DNA of 64,000 bases from Cyanobacteria bacterium P01_A01_bin.123. GTDB lineage: Bacteria; Cyanobacteriota; Cyanobacteriia; Phormidesmidales; Phormidesmidaceae. The position numbers and the translations under genes are program-made. Numbering within the stretch: position 1 is the stretch's first letter; each line of letters starts with the position of its first letter. The notes below the pieces were generated by a model. It was not told where the DNA came from. It saw nothing but the letters and a program-made list of their open reading frames with translations, and did not search any database. Below, in pieces: positions 1 to 10,398 of this stretch. The DNA lies in NCBI GenBank assembly GCA_039815185.1, contig JBCBZT010000034.1, positions 1-64,000 of the forward strand, written 5' to 3'.

Positions 1-44
1 CCCCCCACCGCTTATAGTTGTAGAGAAACTAGCGGTTTAACACT

Positions 45-1238
45 GTGAAAGCAATCACTCTGCTCGGTTCTACGGGCTCTATTGGTACCCAAACCCTAGA
101 CATTGTTGAGCACCATCCCGAGCAGTTTCGGCTTGTGGGGATCGCAACCCGCCGCAATGTCGCCTTGTTAGCTGAGCAGGTTAGACAGTTTAAGCCCGAG
201 ATTGTGGCGATCGCCGATGAGAGTAAGTTAGACGACTTAAAGGCGGCGATCGCAGACCTTGATCCCCAACCTCAAGTTTTGGCAGGCGATCAGGGTGTGG
301 TCGAAGTTGCCCGCTATGGCGATGCCGAAGCTGTGGTCACAGGCATTGTCGGCTGTGCTGGGTTGCTACCGACCCTGGCGGCAATCGAAGCCGGAAAAGA
401 TATTGCCCTAGCCAACAAAGAAACCCTAATTGCAGGGGGGCCGGTCGTGTTGCCCTTGGTCGAAAAACACAGGGTGAAATTATTGCCTGCCGATTCTGAG
501 CATTCGGCAATTTTCCAATGTTTGCAAGGGGTGCCTGCAGGTGGCCTACGGCGAATTATTTTGACGGCCTCCGGCGGTGCATTCCGAGATTGGCCTGTAG
601 AAAGGTTGTCTGAAGTCACGGTCGCTGACGCCACTACCCACCCCAACTGGTCAATGGGACGCAAGATTACGGTGGATTCTGCCACGCTAATGAACAAGGG
701 ATTAGAGGTGATCGAAGCCCACTACCTGTTTGGCATGGACTATGACCACATTGATATCGTCATCCATCCCCAAAGCATTATTCATTCCTTGATTGAGGTG
801 CAAGATACGTCGGTATTGGCCCAGCTCGGCTGGCCTGATATGCGCTTGCCGCTGCTGTATGCGCTCTCTTGGCCCGAACGCATTTATACCGATTGGGAAC
901 CGCTAGATTTAGTCAAATCAGGGGACTTAACCTTCCGGGAACCCGATCATGATAAGTATCCTTGTATGGAACTCGCCTACGCTGCCGGACGGACTGGGGG
1001 GACGATGACGGCGGTGCTGAATGCGGCCAATGAAAAAGCTGTGGAACTTTTCTTAGATGAAAAGATTCGATTTCTAGAGATTCCCAAGGTGATTGAGCAA
1101 GTCTGCGATCGCCACCGCAACGATATCACCGCAGCACCCACCCTAGAAGACATTTTGACGGTGGATCGGTGGGCTAGAAACGCTGTGGTTGACTGTAGCC
1201 AATCGCTGAAGCAAGCTACTGTAGTAGCTGTTCGTTAA
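45..1238 (+). CDS. dxr: 1-deoxy-D-xylulose 5-phosphate reductoisomerase
   Basis: [13 protein letters not shown] motif, [29 protein letters not shown] motifs; GTG start. Confidence 0.98.
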   Translation: MKAITLLGSTGSIGTQTLDIVEHHPEQFRLVGIATRRNVALLAEQVRQFKPEIVAIADESKLDDLKAAIADLDPQPQVLAGDQGVVEVARYGDAEAVVTGIVGCAGLLPTLAAIEAGKDIALANKETLIAGGPVVLPLVEKHRVKLLPADSEHSAIFQCLQGVPAGGLRRIILTASGGAFRDWPVERLSEVTVADATTHPNWSMGRKITVDSATLMNKGLEVIEAHYLFGMDYDHIDIVIHPQSIIHSLIEVQDTSVLAQLGWPDMRLPLLYALSWPERIYTDWEPLDLVKSGDLTFREPDHDKYPCMELAYAAGRTGGTMTAVLNAANEKAVELFLDEKIRFLEIPKVIEQVCDRHRNDITAAPTLEDILTVDRWARNAVVDCSQSLKQATVVAVR

Positions 1239-1268
1239 TTGCCGTTCCCCTCATTTTTGTCCTAGCCT

Positions 1269-1475
1269 GTGGAAATTGTCGTTGTCATTGGTGCCATAGC
1301 AGTTTCGGTGTTAGTGTTCACCTTGATGCTCAAGGTGGTGAAAGCCACGCTGCAAACGGCATTGGTTGTCGCTGTGGTTTTGCTGGTGTTGCAGTTGGCT
1401 TTTGGCATTGGCCCTGGCACCATCGTGGAGCAAATCCAACAGTGGATTCCTGGGCAGGGAACGCCGAATTCATAG
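1269..1475 (+). CDS. small membrane protein (2 TM)
   Basis: 68 aa, two hydrophobic helices, directly downstream of dxr. Confidence 0.7.
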   Translation: MEIVVVIGAIAVSVLVFTLMLKVVKATLQTALVVAVVLLVLQLAFGIGPGTIVEQIQQWIPGQGTPNS

Positions 1476-1519
1476 CGTTTCTCTTCTGGCACACAACGCT
1501 GAAAATGGTCGACCAAGCT

Positions 1520-1559
1520 CAGCTGACGGCCAACCCGCGTACGGATTGGCCGTCAGCTG
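1520..1559. terminator. long hairpin between convergent genes
   Basis: cagctgacggccaa...ttggccgtcagctg, 14-bp perfect stem. Confidence 0.55.
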
Positions 1560-1627
1560 TAACACCTCTATGAAGGGACGAGTTCAAGAGTTAGAAGTTA
1601 CGGCCACCGTGACTGCAAAGCACAGCT

Positions 1628-2449
1628 TTAGCTGCGAATGAAGTCCAATACGTCAGCGTTGAATCGCTCGGCTTGCAGCTGAGCAAGGCCATGTCCGCTA
1701 CCTTGATAGACCTTGAGCGTTGCGTCTTGGACGATTTCAGCGGTGCGATTTGCAGACGCTTCGATGGGCACAATCTGATCATCATCACCATGAATGATCA
1801 GCGTTGGGCAGGTGATCGCCTTAAGATCTGCAGTGTAGTCAACTTCCGAAAATTCACGGATACAGTCATAAAGGCCTTTGATGCCGCCAGACATACCCTG
1901 AAGCCAGAAGCTTTCGCGGAACCCTTCATTGTCGTCAACGCCCTCACGATTGAAGCCATAGAAAGGCGTGGTGAGATCTCGGAAAAACTGTGAACGGTTC
2001 AGCGCGGTACCGTTTCGGATACTGTCAAAGGCCTCCAATGGGGTTCCATTGGGATTCGCATCGGTCTTGAGCATCAGCGGCGGAACCGCGCCAACCAGCA
2101 CAACCTTGGCTACACGATCATTGCCGTGGCGCCCGATGTAGTGGGACACTTCGCCGCCGCCGGTCGAGTGGCCAATCAGAATCGCATCGCGCAGATCGAG
2201 ATGTTCGATGAGCTTAGCAAGATCATCGGCATAGCGGTCCATGTTATTGCCGTCCCAAGGTTGCGCCGAACGCCCGTGCCCCCGTCGATCATGGGCAATC
2301 ACTCGATAACCCTGCTGGCCAAAAAACAGCATCTGGGCGTCCCAGGCATCAGCGCTCAGCGGCCAGCCATGCGAGAACACAATCGGCTGTCCGCTACCCC
2401 AGTCCTTATAAAAAATCGTAGTCCCATCAGTAGTGGTAAAGGTTGTCAT
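1628..2449 (-). CDS. cpo: non-heme chloroperoxidase / alpha-beta hydrolase (perhydrolase)
   Basis: [31 protein letters not shown] nucleophile, HGDDDQIVP; start placed at MTTFTT after a GGAGG RBS. Confidence 0.9.
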   Translation of the reverse strand: MTTFTTTDGTTIFYKDWGSGQPIVFSHGWPLSADAWDAQMLFFGQQGYRVIAHDRRGHGRSAQPWDGNNMDRYADDLAKLIEHLDLRDAILIGHSTGGGEVSHYIGRHGNDRVAKVVLVGAVPPLMLKTDANPNGTPLEAFDSIRNGTALNRSQFFRDLTTPFYGFNREGVDDNEGFRESFWLQGMSGGIKGLYDCIREFSEVDYTADLKAITCPTLIIHGDDDQIVPIEASANRTAEIVQDATLKVYQGSGHGLAQLQAERFNADVLDFIRS

Positions 2450-2569
2450 GAGTTGCCTCCGTAAGGTCTTGTGGTGTTGATTTTGCTGGACGACTGCACA
2501 GTGAGCCGAAAAAAGCGGTTCGATATAGGTACCTTCGACACGCTTTTTTGGCGCCGAAGCGATGACGCA

Positions 2570-2650
2570 CACGATTGAATCGTGTACGATTTATAGTGTA
2601 GGGATTGCAAATGGCTATGTCAAGTGCTTGCGATTGAATCGTGTACGATT
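2570..2650. promoter_or_regulatory. duplicated OhrR-like operator
   Basis: 20-bp direct repeat cgattgaatcgtgtacgatt at 2572-2591 and 2631-2650; first copy includes the palindrome CACGATT-G-AATCGTG. Confidence 0.7.
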
Positions 2651-2682
2651 AATAATTAGTTAAAGACGTTAAGAGTGCTGAT

Positions 2683-3147
2683 ATGCCTGGTGAAACAAGC
2701 CTTTCTGGAAACGTGTTAGGAGATTTTCTATGCTTCTCTATTTACTCTGCGGGTCATGCCTTTAATCAGCTCTATCGGACGCTGCTTGATGACTTGGGTC
2801 TGACCTACCCTCAGTACCTTGTGATGAGCTACTTGTGGGATGCAGATAACAAGAGCTTGAAAGAAATTGGAGCGGCTTTGGAACTGGAGTCTAATACGCT
2901 AACGCCGATGCTGAAACGGCTGGAAGGCATGAATTTGCTTGTTCGGTGTCGGGATAAGCAGGACGAGCGCTTGGTGAGAATTCAGCTAACGAAGGCCGGA
3001 AGAGACCTAAAATCGAGGGCCGACCAGATTCCCCCCTGTGTGTTGGAGGCCACTGGGCTCACAGCGGATGAGTTGACCGATCTCATTCAGAAGATCAATA
3101 CGGTGAAAACACACGTCAAGGCGTTTAGCAATTCTCATACCAATTGA
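2683..3147 (+). CDS. MarR family regulator, OhrR-like
   Basis: LCFSIYSA redox Cys, LTYPQYLVM, TLTPMLKRLE, DERLV; divergent from cpo. Confidence 0.88.
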   Translation: MPGETSLSGNVLGDFLCFSIYSAGHAFNQLYRTLLDDLGLTYPQYLVMSYLWDADNKSLKEIGAALELESNTLTPMLKRLEGMNLLVRCRDKQDERLVRIQLTKAGRDLKSRADQIPPCVLEATGLTADELTDLIQKINTVKTHVKAFSNSHTN

Positions 3148-3240
3148 GTTTTTGGATGTCCCGCATCAGAGTTGATGGCCTTCGCAGTTTTCTTGGCACG
3201 TCACTAGTCAGATGTGCATCTGGGACATTTCAAAACTCAA
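3144..3240. repeat. MITE-like element bounded by 19-bp imperfect inverted repeats
   Basis: ttgagtttttggatgtccc (3144-3162) vs gggacatttcaaaactcaa (3222-3240), 16/19 complementary. Confidence 0.4.
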
Positions 3241-3372
3241 ACTGTATAAGAGCTCCCAATCAGAGCCATCACCTGTGTGGAGAAAAGACACGTCACTAAT
3301 TAGCTGGCCTTATGCCGCAAAATTTGCCTGGCAACGGCTATCGTAATTTGGCAGTGCAATAGGTAGTTCTGC

Positions 3373-3401
3373 AGGGATGCCAAGCGTTGCTTGGCATCCC
3401 T
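3373..3401. repeat. REP-like palindrome/hairpin
   Basis: agggatgccaagc-gtt-gcttggcatccct, 13-bp perfect stem. Confidence 0.6.
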
Positions 3402-3510
3402 TGGATATTGGTCAGGTTTCTGATTGCTCTGACAACGGCCAGCTTGCTTAATGCACCAGTATCATCGCTAAAGCGCTTAATCTATCAAGTAATCAGCTTG
3501 TAGTGTTGTT

Positions 3511-4446
3511 CTAATCGGACTCGTAACTGCTACTGCTGGGGCTTTTACGATATCGACTGGGGGTGACACCCGTTAACTCACGAAAAGACTTGCCCAGATG
3601 ACTTTGGCTGTTAAAGCCACACTGGAGGGCAATTTCTGCGATCGCCAGCTTGGAATTTTTCAAAAGCTGCTTTGCACGCTCTACCCGCTCCTGAAGCAAA
3701 TATTGATGGGGTGAAATGCCCATCGATTGCTTGAATAGGCGACTGAAGTGAAACTGGCTGACGCCTGCCAAGTCTGCTAAATCCGCTAGCTTCACAGTTT
3801 GGTCTAGGTGAGCATTAACGTACTCGACGACTTGCAACAGTCTGCGATCGCCCAAGCCCCCCTCATAAACGGCTATTGGGGATTGCCGGATAGAGTAGTT
3901 GCGCAGTAAGTGCACGGCAATCACGTTAGCTAGCGACTCAATATACAACGGCCCCATCCAACCGCCACCTTTATGCAGTTCTGCCCGCAGGAGCAGCAGC
4001 ATTTGCTCTAGCTGAGGATCGCGGACACGAAATTCAGTGGTCAATTCTAATTGTGCAGGATCAAGCTCTGTAGCTTGCTCAGCGACAGACTTTAAAAACT
4101 GATCCGGCATTTGGATATGGAGATAGTGATCATCTCCTTCTGCCTGGTATGAAGCCGGAATATCAGCCGGAGTAATTGAAATGTCGCCTTTGGTGTAGAG
4201 ACCTGTATAGCTGCGATCGCCCACAATCTGGTGAATCCGATGGGGACGGGGGGCGAGGCACAAAGCAATGGAGTAATCTGGCCAAGCGGCTGGAATCTCG
4301 ATGCCACCTGGAGGCTGCTGAAACTCTTCAACCAGTATTGGTTGCCAGCCCAGTGCCTGACTAGAGACAACTGGGACAGGGGATGCTTCAGTGGACAGAT
4401 TGGCACTGCCTGATTGGTGCGGGCTCATCTGAGTCGCCTTCTTCAT
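3511..4446 (-). CDS. AraC family transcriptional regulator
   Basis: C-terminal double HTH (LADLADLAGVSQFHFSRLFKQSMG...IALQCGFNSQSH); start uncertain. Confidence 0.92.
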   Translation of the reverse strand: MKKATQMSPHQSGSANLSTEASPVPVVSSQALGWQPILVEEFQQPPGGIEIPAAWPDYSIALCLAPRPHRIHQIVGDRSYTGLYTKGDISITPADIPASYQAEGDDHYLHIQMPDQFLKSVAEQATELDPAQLELTTEFRVRDPQLEQMLLLLRAELHKGGGWMGPLYIESLANVIAVHLLRNYSIRQSPIAVYEGGLGDRRLLQVVEYVNAHLDQTVKLADLADLAGVSQFHFSRLFKQSMGISPHQYLLQERVERAKQLLKNSKLAIAEIALQCGFNSQSHLGKSFRELTGVTPSRYRKSPSSSSYESD

Positions 4447-4741
4447 TGATGCCCTCGCTGGGTTCAAGCCTAACTCGGCAAAACTTGCAGCAAGATTTTG
4501 ACAAACAAGCAAAAGATAAGTATTCAGAAGCGTTTGACGCCTCTACCTTTAGCTATTGTAGCCGATTATTTTACGAAGCTTAATAAAAGTAAAAGCTTTG
4601 GAACATCGCCAAATGAGTCTATCCAGATACCAATTTATGCGGGGCATAACCACACTCACACCCATACCTCATTAAGGTTATCTGTTACTGCCTTTACTTC
4701 CCGCTCAAGCAATCTAGAAGCTATCAATACATAAGCAGCAG

Positions 4742-6154
4742 ATGAAACAGAACAAAATCAGTAGGCGAGCATTTTTGGGAGAAGCAAAAGCACTAGGAAC
4801 GCTGAGTTTAATTAAATCATTAGAAGATCCGATTCGTCATAAATCAGCAGTAGAGAATCTGCCTAAACGGCATGAATTCGTATTGAGGGATGCCTATGTC
4901 ATCACGATGGATCCAGAACTGGGGGACATTCCCCACGGAGATATACATGTTCGCGATGGTGAAATCATTGCCATAGGCAAGGGTTTAAGTGCTCCCAAAG
5001 CAGAAACAATTGATAGACGTAATCACATTGTTTTACCAGGCCTAATTGACACACATTGGCACCTCTGGACTGCTTTATTCCGGAGTTTATCGGGTGATAC
5101 TGCAGATCAAGGTTACTTCTCAATCACTAAAAAGTTAGGGAAAGTCTACAGACCAGAAGATATGTATCGAGCTACACGACTCGCGATCGCAGAAGCGCTA
5201 TTTTCTGGGATCACTACTGTGCATGACTTCAACCACAATATTCGCAACCCCAACTATGCAAAAGCCGCATTGAGCGCGTTAAGTGAGACGGGTATTCGTG
5301 CCCGATTCTCCTACGGTTACTATCAGGGTCAGCTGCGAGAATCGCCTACTCCATTTGACGAAATTTCCAGTCTAAAACAGGCACTGTCCAACGACACAGA
5401 CGACAATTTATTAACGCTAGGCATTGCTCCCCGTGAAGTACTGATTTATCCCAAATACGATTATGACTGGGAAAAAGCGCGAGAACTAGAGCTACCCATC
5501 ACTGTTCACGCTAATTCTTCTCCTCGTGAAACTGGAGAAATACAACGCTTATCTAGGAAAGGATTACTTGGAAAAGATGTCCTGATTGTTCATGCAACTG
5601 TAGCAACTCGTTCAGAATTTGAGCAGTTAGCCAGCAATCACACAGCAGTTAGCATCACTCCCCTAACCGAAATGCGAGGTGGTTTTGGAATTCCACCTAT
5701 TAGAGATCTGCTTACAGCTGGCATATTGGTCAGTCTTGGGATTGATACTACAGCGTTGGCGGGGAGTGCAGATATGTTCAGTGTTATGAAAGTACTTCAG
5801 AGCATCGGCAATGCCTGTGCTGAAAGCGAATTTGCATTGTCACCCCGACGTATTTTAGAACTTGCCACGATTAATGGTGCTCACGCCATGAATATTGCGG
5901 ATCAAGTTGGTTCTCTAAAGCCTGGGAAACGTGCTGATCTAATCTCAATATCTACAGCAAACTTAAATCTAGGCGTTTTTACAAATCCAGCACATTTACT
6001 TGTGGAAGCTACACAGCCATCAAATGTAGACATGGTTGTTGTTGATGGACGTATTCTCAAGCGTGATGGACAGTTGAGTGCGCTTAACGTTGCACAAGTT
6101 ATTCAAGATGCTAATAACTCACTCGCATCTATTCGCCAACGGGCAAATAAGTAA
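4742..6154 (+). CDS. amidohydrolase family protein (SsnA/AtzA-like deaminase)
   Basis: PGLIDTHWH metal motif, SGITTV, VHA, LGID, GSLKPGKRADL; N-terminal SRRAFL. Confidence 0.88.
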   Translation: MKQNKISRRAFLGEAKALGTLSLIKSLEDPIRHKSAVENLPKRHEFVLRDAYVITMDPELGDIPHGDIHVRDGEIIAIGKGLSAPKAETIDRRNHIVLPGLIDTHWHLWTALFRSLSGDTADQGYFSITKKLGKVYRPEDMYRATRLAIAEALFSGITTVHDFNHNIRNPNYAKAALSALSETGIRARFSYGYYQGQLRESPTPFDEISSLKQALSNDTDDNLLTLGIAPREVLIYPKYDYDWEKARELELPITVHANSSPRETGEIQRLSRKGLLGKDVLIVHATVATRSEFEQLASNHTAVSITPLTEMRGGFGIPPIRDLLTAGILVSLGIDTTALAGSADMFSVMKVLQSIGNACAESEFALSPRRILELATINGAHAMNIADQVGSLKPGKRADLISISTANLNLGVFTNPAHLLVEATQPSNVDMVVVDGRILKRDGQLSALNVAQVIQDANNSLASIRQRANK

Positions 6155-6282
6155 CATCATCGATACATTTTTCAGAAGGGATTTTATTTCTAGTCGGCTC
6201 TGCTTTCCTAATGCCAAGTTCTCAAGCTGAGCCTTAAATCAGACGTCTATTTTCCATGACTTCTGATTTTCAAATGTCGAGT

Positions 6283-6672
6283 TCACGAGTTCTCCATAGC
6301 TATTGCATTTAAGCTCAACCAAGCAGGAGCGGATTCTGGAAAACTTTGTGACTCAGGGACAATCAAATCCGGATCATCCAAACTCCCAACGGCAATGGAG
6401 ACGTCCTCTGAATCATCATCTAAAGCACAGATGCCGCTGCTGCAGATCGGACAAAATCCCCGCTGCGTTGTTTCGCAGGTGCGATACAGGCTGGGGTTAC
6501 TGCCAGGGCCATTAAAGACGAGATGCTCACGCTTAAAGTCAACCCAGGCAACAGCCGGAGCACCTGACCATCGCTGGCACATGTGGCAGCTACAAAAGTG
6601 CGGGAAGACTGCTTCTCCCGTGATTGTGTAGCGAATATTGCCACATAAACACCCGCCTGTATACTCGCTCAT
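6283..6672 (-). CDS. GFA family (CENP-V-like) Zn protein
   Basis: GGCLCG, CSCHMCQR, FCPICSS cysteine pattern. Confidence 0.9.
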   Translation of the reverse strand: MSEYTGGCLCGNIRYTITGEAVFPHFCSCHMCQRWSGAPAVAWVDFKREHLVFNGPGSNPSLYRTCETTQRGFCPICSSGICALDDDSEDVSIAVGSLDDPDLIVPESQSFPESAPAWLSLNAIAMENS

Positions 6673-6744
6673 GCTTTCATCTCCCTAAATCTCCGCTCTG
6701 CTTTAGCCTAATCCCAATTCTTCAGCAGCCATTTAGGTCACGAT

Positions 6745-7389
6745 TCAATTGAGAGGCTCAGACAGATAGCTTTGTAAGTAGCTCAGCATCAGCCGTTTCG
6801 TTTCTACGACTAGGCGCTGCCGTAAATTGGGTGTTTGACTCAGGGATAACCACAGCAGGTTACCAATGGCTTTGACTATCACAAACGCGATCGCTTCATA
6901 GTCAGCCACTTCTAGACCGGGATAGGTTTGGGCAAAGAATGCTGCAAAGGCTTCGATATATTGGGCATCGGCGGCATTGTCCAATGCTATAAACTCTGGC
7001 ATGGTTCCCTGCACCTGCATAAAGATAGCGTGGTAACCCGGGTAATCCGTGAAGAACTGATCGATACCATCAATCACATGATCAACGTAATCTGACAGAG
7101 AGAGTTCAAGGGCTTCGGCTTCATGGAACTCGGTAAAGCGTTCTCGCAGCAAGGCCACATAGCGCATCGTTAGCGCATGTAGAATGGCCGTCTTGTCCGG
7201 GAAAAACTGATAGAGCGAGCCAATGGAGACTTTTGCGCCCTTCGCGATCGCATTGGTGGTTGTAGCCGCGTAGCCCTCTGCAATAAACATTTGTTCAGCG
7301 ACATCCAAAATCTGATTAACCCGTTCTTGGCTGCGGGCTTGTCGCGGTTGGCGGCGCATACCAGGGGATTTCGATAGGTTGACGGTCAT
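6745..7389 (-). CDS. TetR/AcrR family regulator
   Basis: RQPRQARSQERV, TTNAIA...VSIGSLYQFFPDK HTH. Confidence 0.93.
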   Translation of the reverse strand: MTVNLSKSPGMRRQPRQARSQERVNQILDVAEQMFIAEGYAATTTNAIAKGAKVSIGSLYQFFPDKTAILHALTMRYVALLRERFTEFHEAEALELSLSDYVDHVIDGIDQFFTDYPGYHAIFMQVQGTMPEFIALDNAADAQYIEAFAAFFAQTYPGLEVADYEAIAFVIVKAIGNLLWLSLSQTPNLRQRLVVETKRLMLSYLQSYLSEPLN

Positions 7390-7410
7390 TTTGGATATCT
7401 GCCTCTCTTT

Positions 7411-7492
7411 AAAGTGAGTATCGCTGACTTTCTTCTTGACAAAATATGAGAATTGCTCGTATTTTTTAAAAAGTGAGCTTTGCTCGTATTTT
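7411..7492. promoter_or_regulatory. three TetR-type palindromic operators overlapping a TTGACA -35 box
   Basis: aaagtgag-N5-ctgacttt (7411), aaaatatgag-N5-ctcgtatttt (7441), aaaagtgag-N5-ctcgtatttt (7469); ttgaca at 7436. Confidence 0.65.
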
Positions 7493-7520
7493 AACTCAAT
7501 CTGCCCCTAGAGGTGTTCTC

Positions 7521-8834
7521 ATGAGCCAGAATTTGTTAGCCTCATCTGTCCCCAGTGCTGAAGAGGTTTTTACCGGTTATGGTCAAGATGCATTGGCTGC
7601 CATGACTGACTGTGCTGATCGGTTTGGGGAGATCGTTCTCCCGCAGTTTGAAGATGAACTGGCTGGCTTGCTGTCCAATTCTAAGTGTTCTGGTGAAGGC
7701 TTAAAGCCTCGGTTGCTGGTGATTAAGACTAAAGACTGGCAGCCGTTAGGAGAGTGCTTGGGAGATGGCTGGCCGATCCGTGAGGATGATAGACAATGCC
7801 AGCGATGCTTGAGTCAGCCTGTATTCCATCAGGAATGGGCCAATGGCTATGCCGGAGTCATTGTTGCTTACACAGAACGTATGCTGCAATCCTGGTCTGC
7901 TGGAGAGACGCGTGACATTCACGATGAGATGACGCGACTGACTGCCAAGATTGTAATGGCGATCGTTTTTGATCTAGATGTGACGGATTATGAGGCTGAG
8001 CGTGTTGCCCACACCTTAGATCAGGTCATAGCTTGGTTTGATGACCAAAGGATGGCGGATACCCTCGTTGTTGGGTCTGATCAGAACCGTCAAAACGCGA
8101 TCGCGCTGTTAGATCACCTCATTTACGCCATGATCGATTGCCACCGTTCTCAAGGTAGTGGCAGGGATGATCTATTAAACTTGTTGATGCAAGTGCAGAA
8201 TGTGGATGACGGTAGCCCTCTGAGCGATCAGCAATTGCGTGATGACGTGGTCATGCTAATGCTGGCAGGCTATGAAACCACTGCCAATACGCTGTCATGG
8301 ATATGGAGATTGCTGCTTAAGCATCCGTATTTCTATAGCGAATTGACGGCTGAGTTGAAAACGGTGTTACATGGGCGAGCTCCTACAATAGCCGATTTAC
8401 CGCAACTGGCTCATACTCGCTGGGTCATTGAAGAAGCGATGCGGATCTATCCATCGGTTACCGATTTAATCGGCGAAGCTACCCAAGCGTGGGAGATTGG
8501 GAGCGATTTTATCTCCAACGAGACGATGTTGCTCGGCTGCCAGCCGGTGAGGCCCCACAATCCTCAAGGCTCTACCGAACCCCATCTCTTGCAGCCAGAA
8601 CGTCAGAACGATGATTTGGAGCAGGGTTTACCGTGCAGTCTTGGTTTCCCCGCCAGTGATGGGGTACGGATCAGCGTGGGTAAGCGTTTTGCGCTGACGG
8701 AAGCGATGTTGATCTTGGCAACAATCGCCCAAAAATTTCAACTAAACCTGGGGCCTAATCCAGCGATGGCACAGAAGCCTTCGATCACGCTCCAGCTCAA
8801 ACGCGATATTCGGGTTGAACTTTTAGCCGCATAG
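7521..8834 (+). CDS. cytochrome P450-like protein lacking the heme-thiolate Cys (degenerate or pseudo-enzyme)
   Basis: I-helix AGYETTA and K-helix EAMR present; heme motif reads FPASDGVRISVG with Ser in place of Cys. Confidence 0.8.
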   Translation: MSQNLLASSVPSAEEVFTGYGQDALAAMTDCADRFGEIVLPQFEDELAGLLSNSKCSGEGLKPRLLVIKTKDWQPLGECLGDGWPIREDDRQCQRCLSQPVFHQEWANGYAGVIVAYTERMLQSWSAGETRDIHDEMTRLTAKIVMAIVFDLDVTDYEAERVAHTLDQVIAWFDDQRMADTLVVGSDQNRQNAIALLDHLIYAMIDCHRSQGSGRDDLLNLLMQVQNVDDGSPLSDQQLRDDVVMLMLAGYETTANTLSWIWRLLLKHPYFYSELTAELKTVLHGRAPTIADLPQLAHTRWVIEEAMRIYPSVTDLIGEATQAWEIGSDFISNETMLLGCQPVRPHNPQGSTEPHLLQPERQNDDLEQGLPCSLGFPASDGVRISVGKRFALTEAMLILATIAQKFQLNLGPNPAMAQKPSITLQLKRDIRVELLAA

Positions 8835-8952
8835 ATGCTGTTTGGTTCAAATTCTCCGCAAGATTTTGACAACACCGCAAAAGGTAGAGAGATTTCACTG
8901 GGGTTGGTTGCCTAAGGTGTCTTTGTAATCCAACCTCTCACAGGCTTTTACC

Positions 8953-10344
8953 ATGACGACAATGATTCAACCCAGCCCTCGTCTCCACTTCGAAGTGCGA
9001 GAATTTTTCAAGCTGGCGATTCCCTTAGCCAGCGCCCAAGTGGCCCAATCTGCCACGGGCTTTGCAGACACGATCATGATGGGCCGGATGGGAGCCGATG
9101 TCCTAGCAGCGGGGGGACTAGCAGCCATTATCTTTCTCGCTATCATGACCACGGCGAGTGGTGTTGCCATGGGTGTGAGTCCTTTGGTAGCGGAGGCGTT
9201 TGGCGCAGGGCAGAAAACTCGAATTCAGCAGGTTGCCCGTCAGGGCCTATGGTTGGCACTGCTCATTTCAATCCCGATCATGATTTTCATGGGGCATTTG
9301 GATACCTGGTTGACCCACACCGGCCAAACCGAAACCACGGTACAGCTCGCCAATACCTATCTCGATATCATCCTTTGGAGCTTGTTTCCCGTCACGGGTT
9401 TTGCCGCCCTGCGTGCCACCGTATCTGGTTTATCTCAAGCCCGTCCGGTGATGACAATTATCGTCATTGGCACCGCATTCAACATTATTGGCAACTATGT
9501 TTTGGGCTTTGGTCATTGGGGTTTCCCAGCCCTGGGCTTGGCCGGTTTAGCGCTGGCGACTGTGGTGGCCTGGTGGGGCATGTTTATCGCCATGGCTTTG
9601 TATGTGTTGGTGCATCCGGCGCTGAAAGACTATCGGATTTTTCAAGACCTGCATCGCGTTAGACCCCGGATCTTAAGTCAACTCGCTTGGGTGGGGGTGC
9701 CGATTGGTTTGTTCTCGGGGTTAGAAACCGGCTTCTTTATGGTGATCACCTTTTGGATGGGGACATTGGGTACTGAAGTTTTAGCCGCCCATCAGGTGGT
9801 GTTTCAAACCGTGGTGGTGGTGTTTATGGTGCCCCTGGGCATTTCCTATGCGACGACCGTGCGGGTGGGCCAATGGCTGGGACGGTGCGATCTATTTGGT
9901 ATCAAGCAGACCGCCTGGGTCAGTATGGTCATCACCACCCTGTTTATGACCGGAGCATCAATCGCGTTTGTGCTCTTCCCCAAGCAGATTGTGGGCCTCT
10001 ATTTAGATGTGCAAAATCCAGATAATACGGCCATTATTGCCCTGGCCCTGCCGTTGTTAATTATCGCCGCGATCGCCCAAGTGCTCGATGGCTTCCAAAA
10101 AGCAGTGTATGGCTCTCTGCAAGGGCTCCAAGATACCCAGGTGCCGATGGTGTTGAATATTCTGGGGTATTGGGGTGTCGGGTTATCGGTAGGTTACGGT
10201 TTGGGCTTTTATCTGGGCATGGGCAGTATCGGCTTATGGATTGGTCAATCGATCGCGATCGCGGTTGTGGCCGGCCTATTTATTTGGCGACTGCATCAGC
10301 TGATTCGCGCTTGCAATTGCGACAAATCATATCTGTCGCAATGA
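8953..10344 (+). CDS. MATE family efflux transporter
   Basis: about 12 TM, DTIMMG, LAAHQ, RVGQWLG, GLQDT motifs. Confidence 0.93.
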   Translation: MTTMIQPSPRLHFEVREFFKLAIPLASAQVAQSATGFADTIMMGRMGADVLAAGGLAAIIFLAIMTTASGVAMGVSPLVAEAFGAGQKTRIQQVARQGLWLALLISIPIMIFMGHLDTWLTHTGQTETTVQLANTYLDIILWSLFPVTGFAALRATVSGLSQARPVMTIIVIGTAFNIIGNYVLGFGHWGFPALGLAGLALATVVAWWGMFIAMALYVLVHPALKDYRIFQDLHRVRPRILSQLAWVGVPIGLFSGLETGFFMVITFWMGTLGTEVLAAHQVVFQTVVVVFMVPLGISYATTVRVGQWLGRCDLFGIKQTAWVSMVITTLFMTGASIAFVLFPKQIVGLYLDVQNPDNTAIIALALPLLIIAAIAQVLDGFQKAVYGSLQGLQDTQVPMVLNILGYWGVGLSVGYGLGFYLGMGSIGLWIGQSIAIAVVAGLFIWRLHQLIRACNCDKSYLSQ

Positions 10345-10398
10345 AGCTAGCCTAAAGGGGGCACTGCTGGAAGATTTAGCCGGTTGCATCAATCGTGT

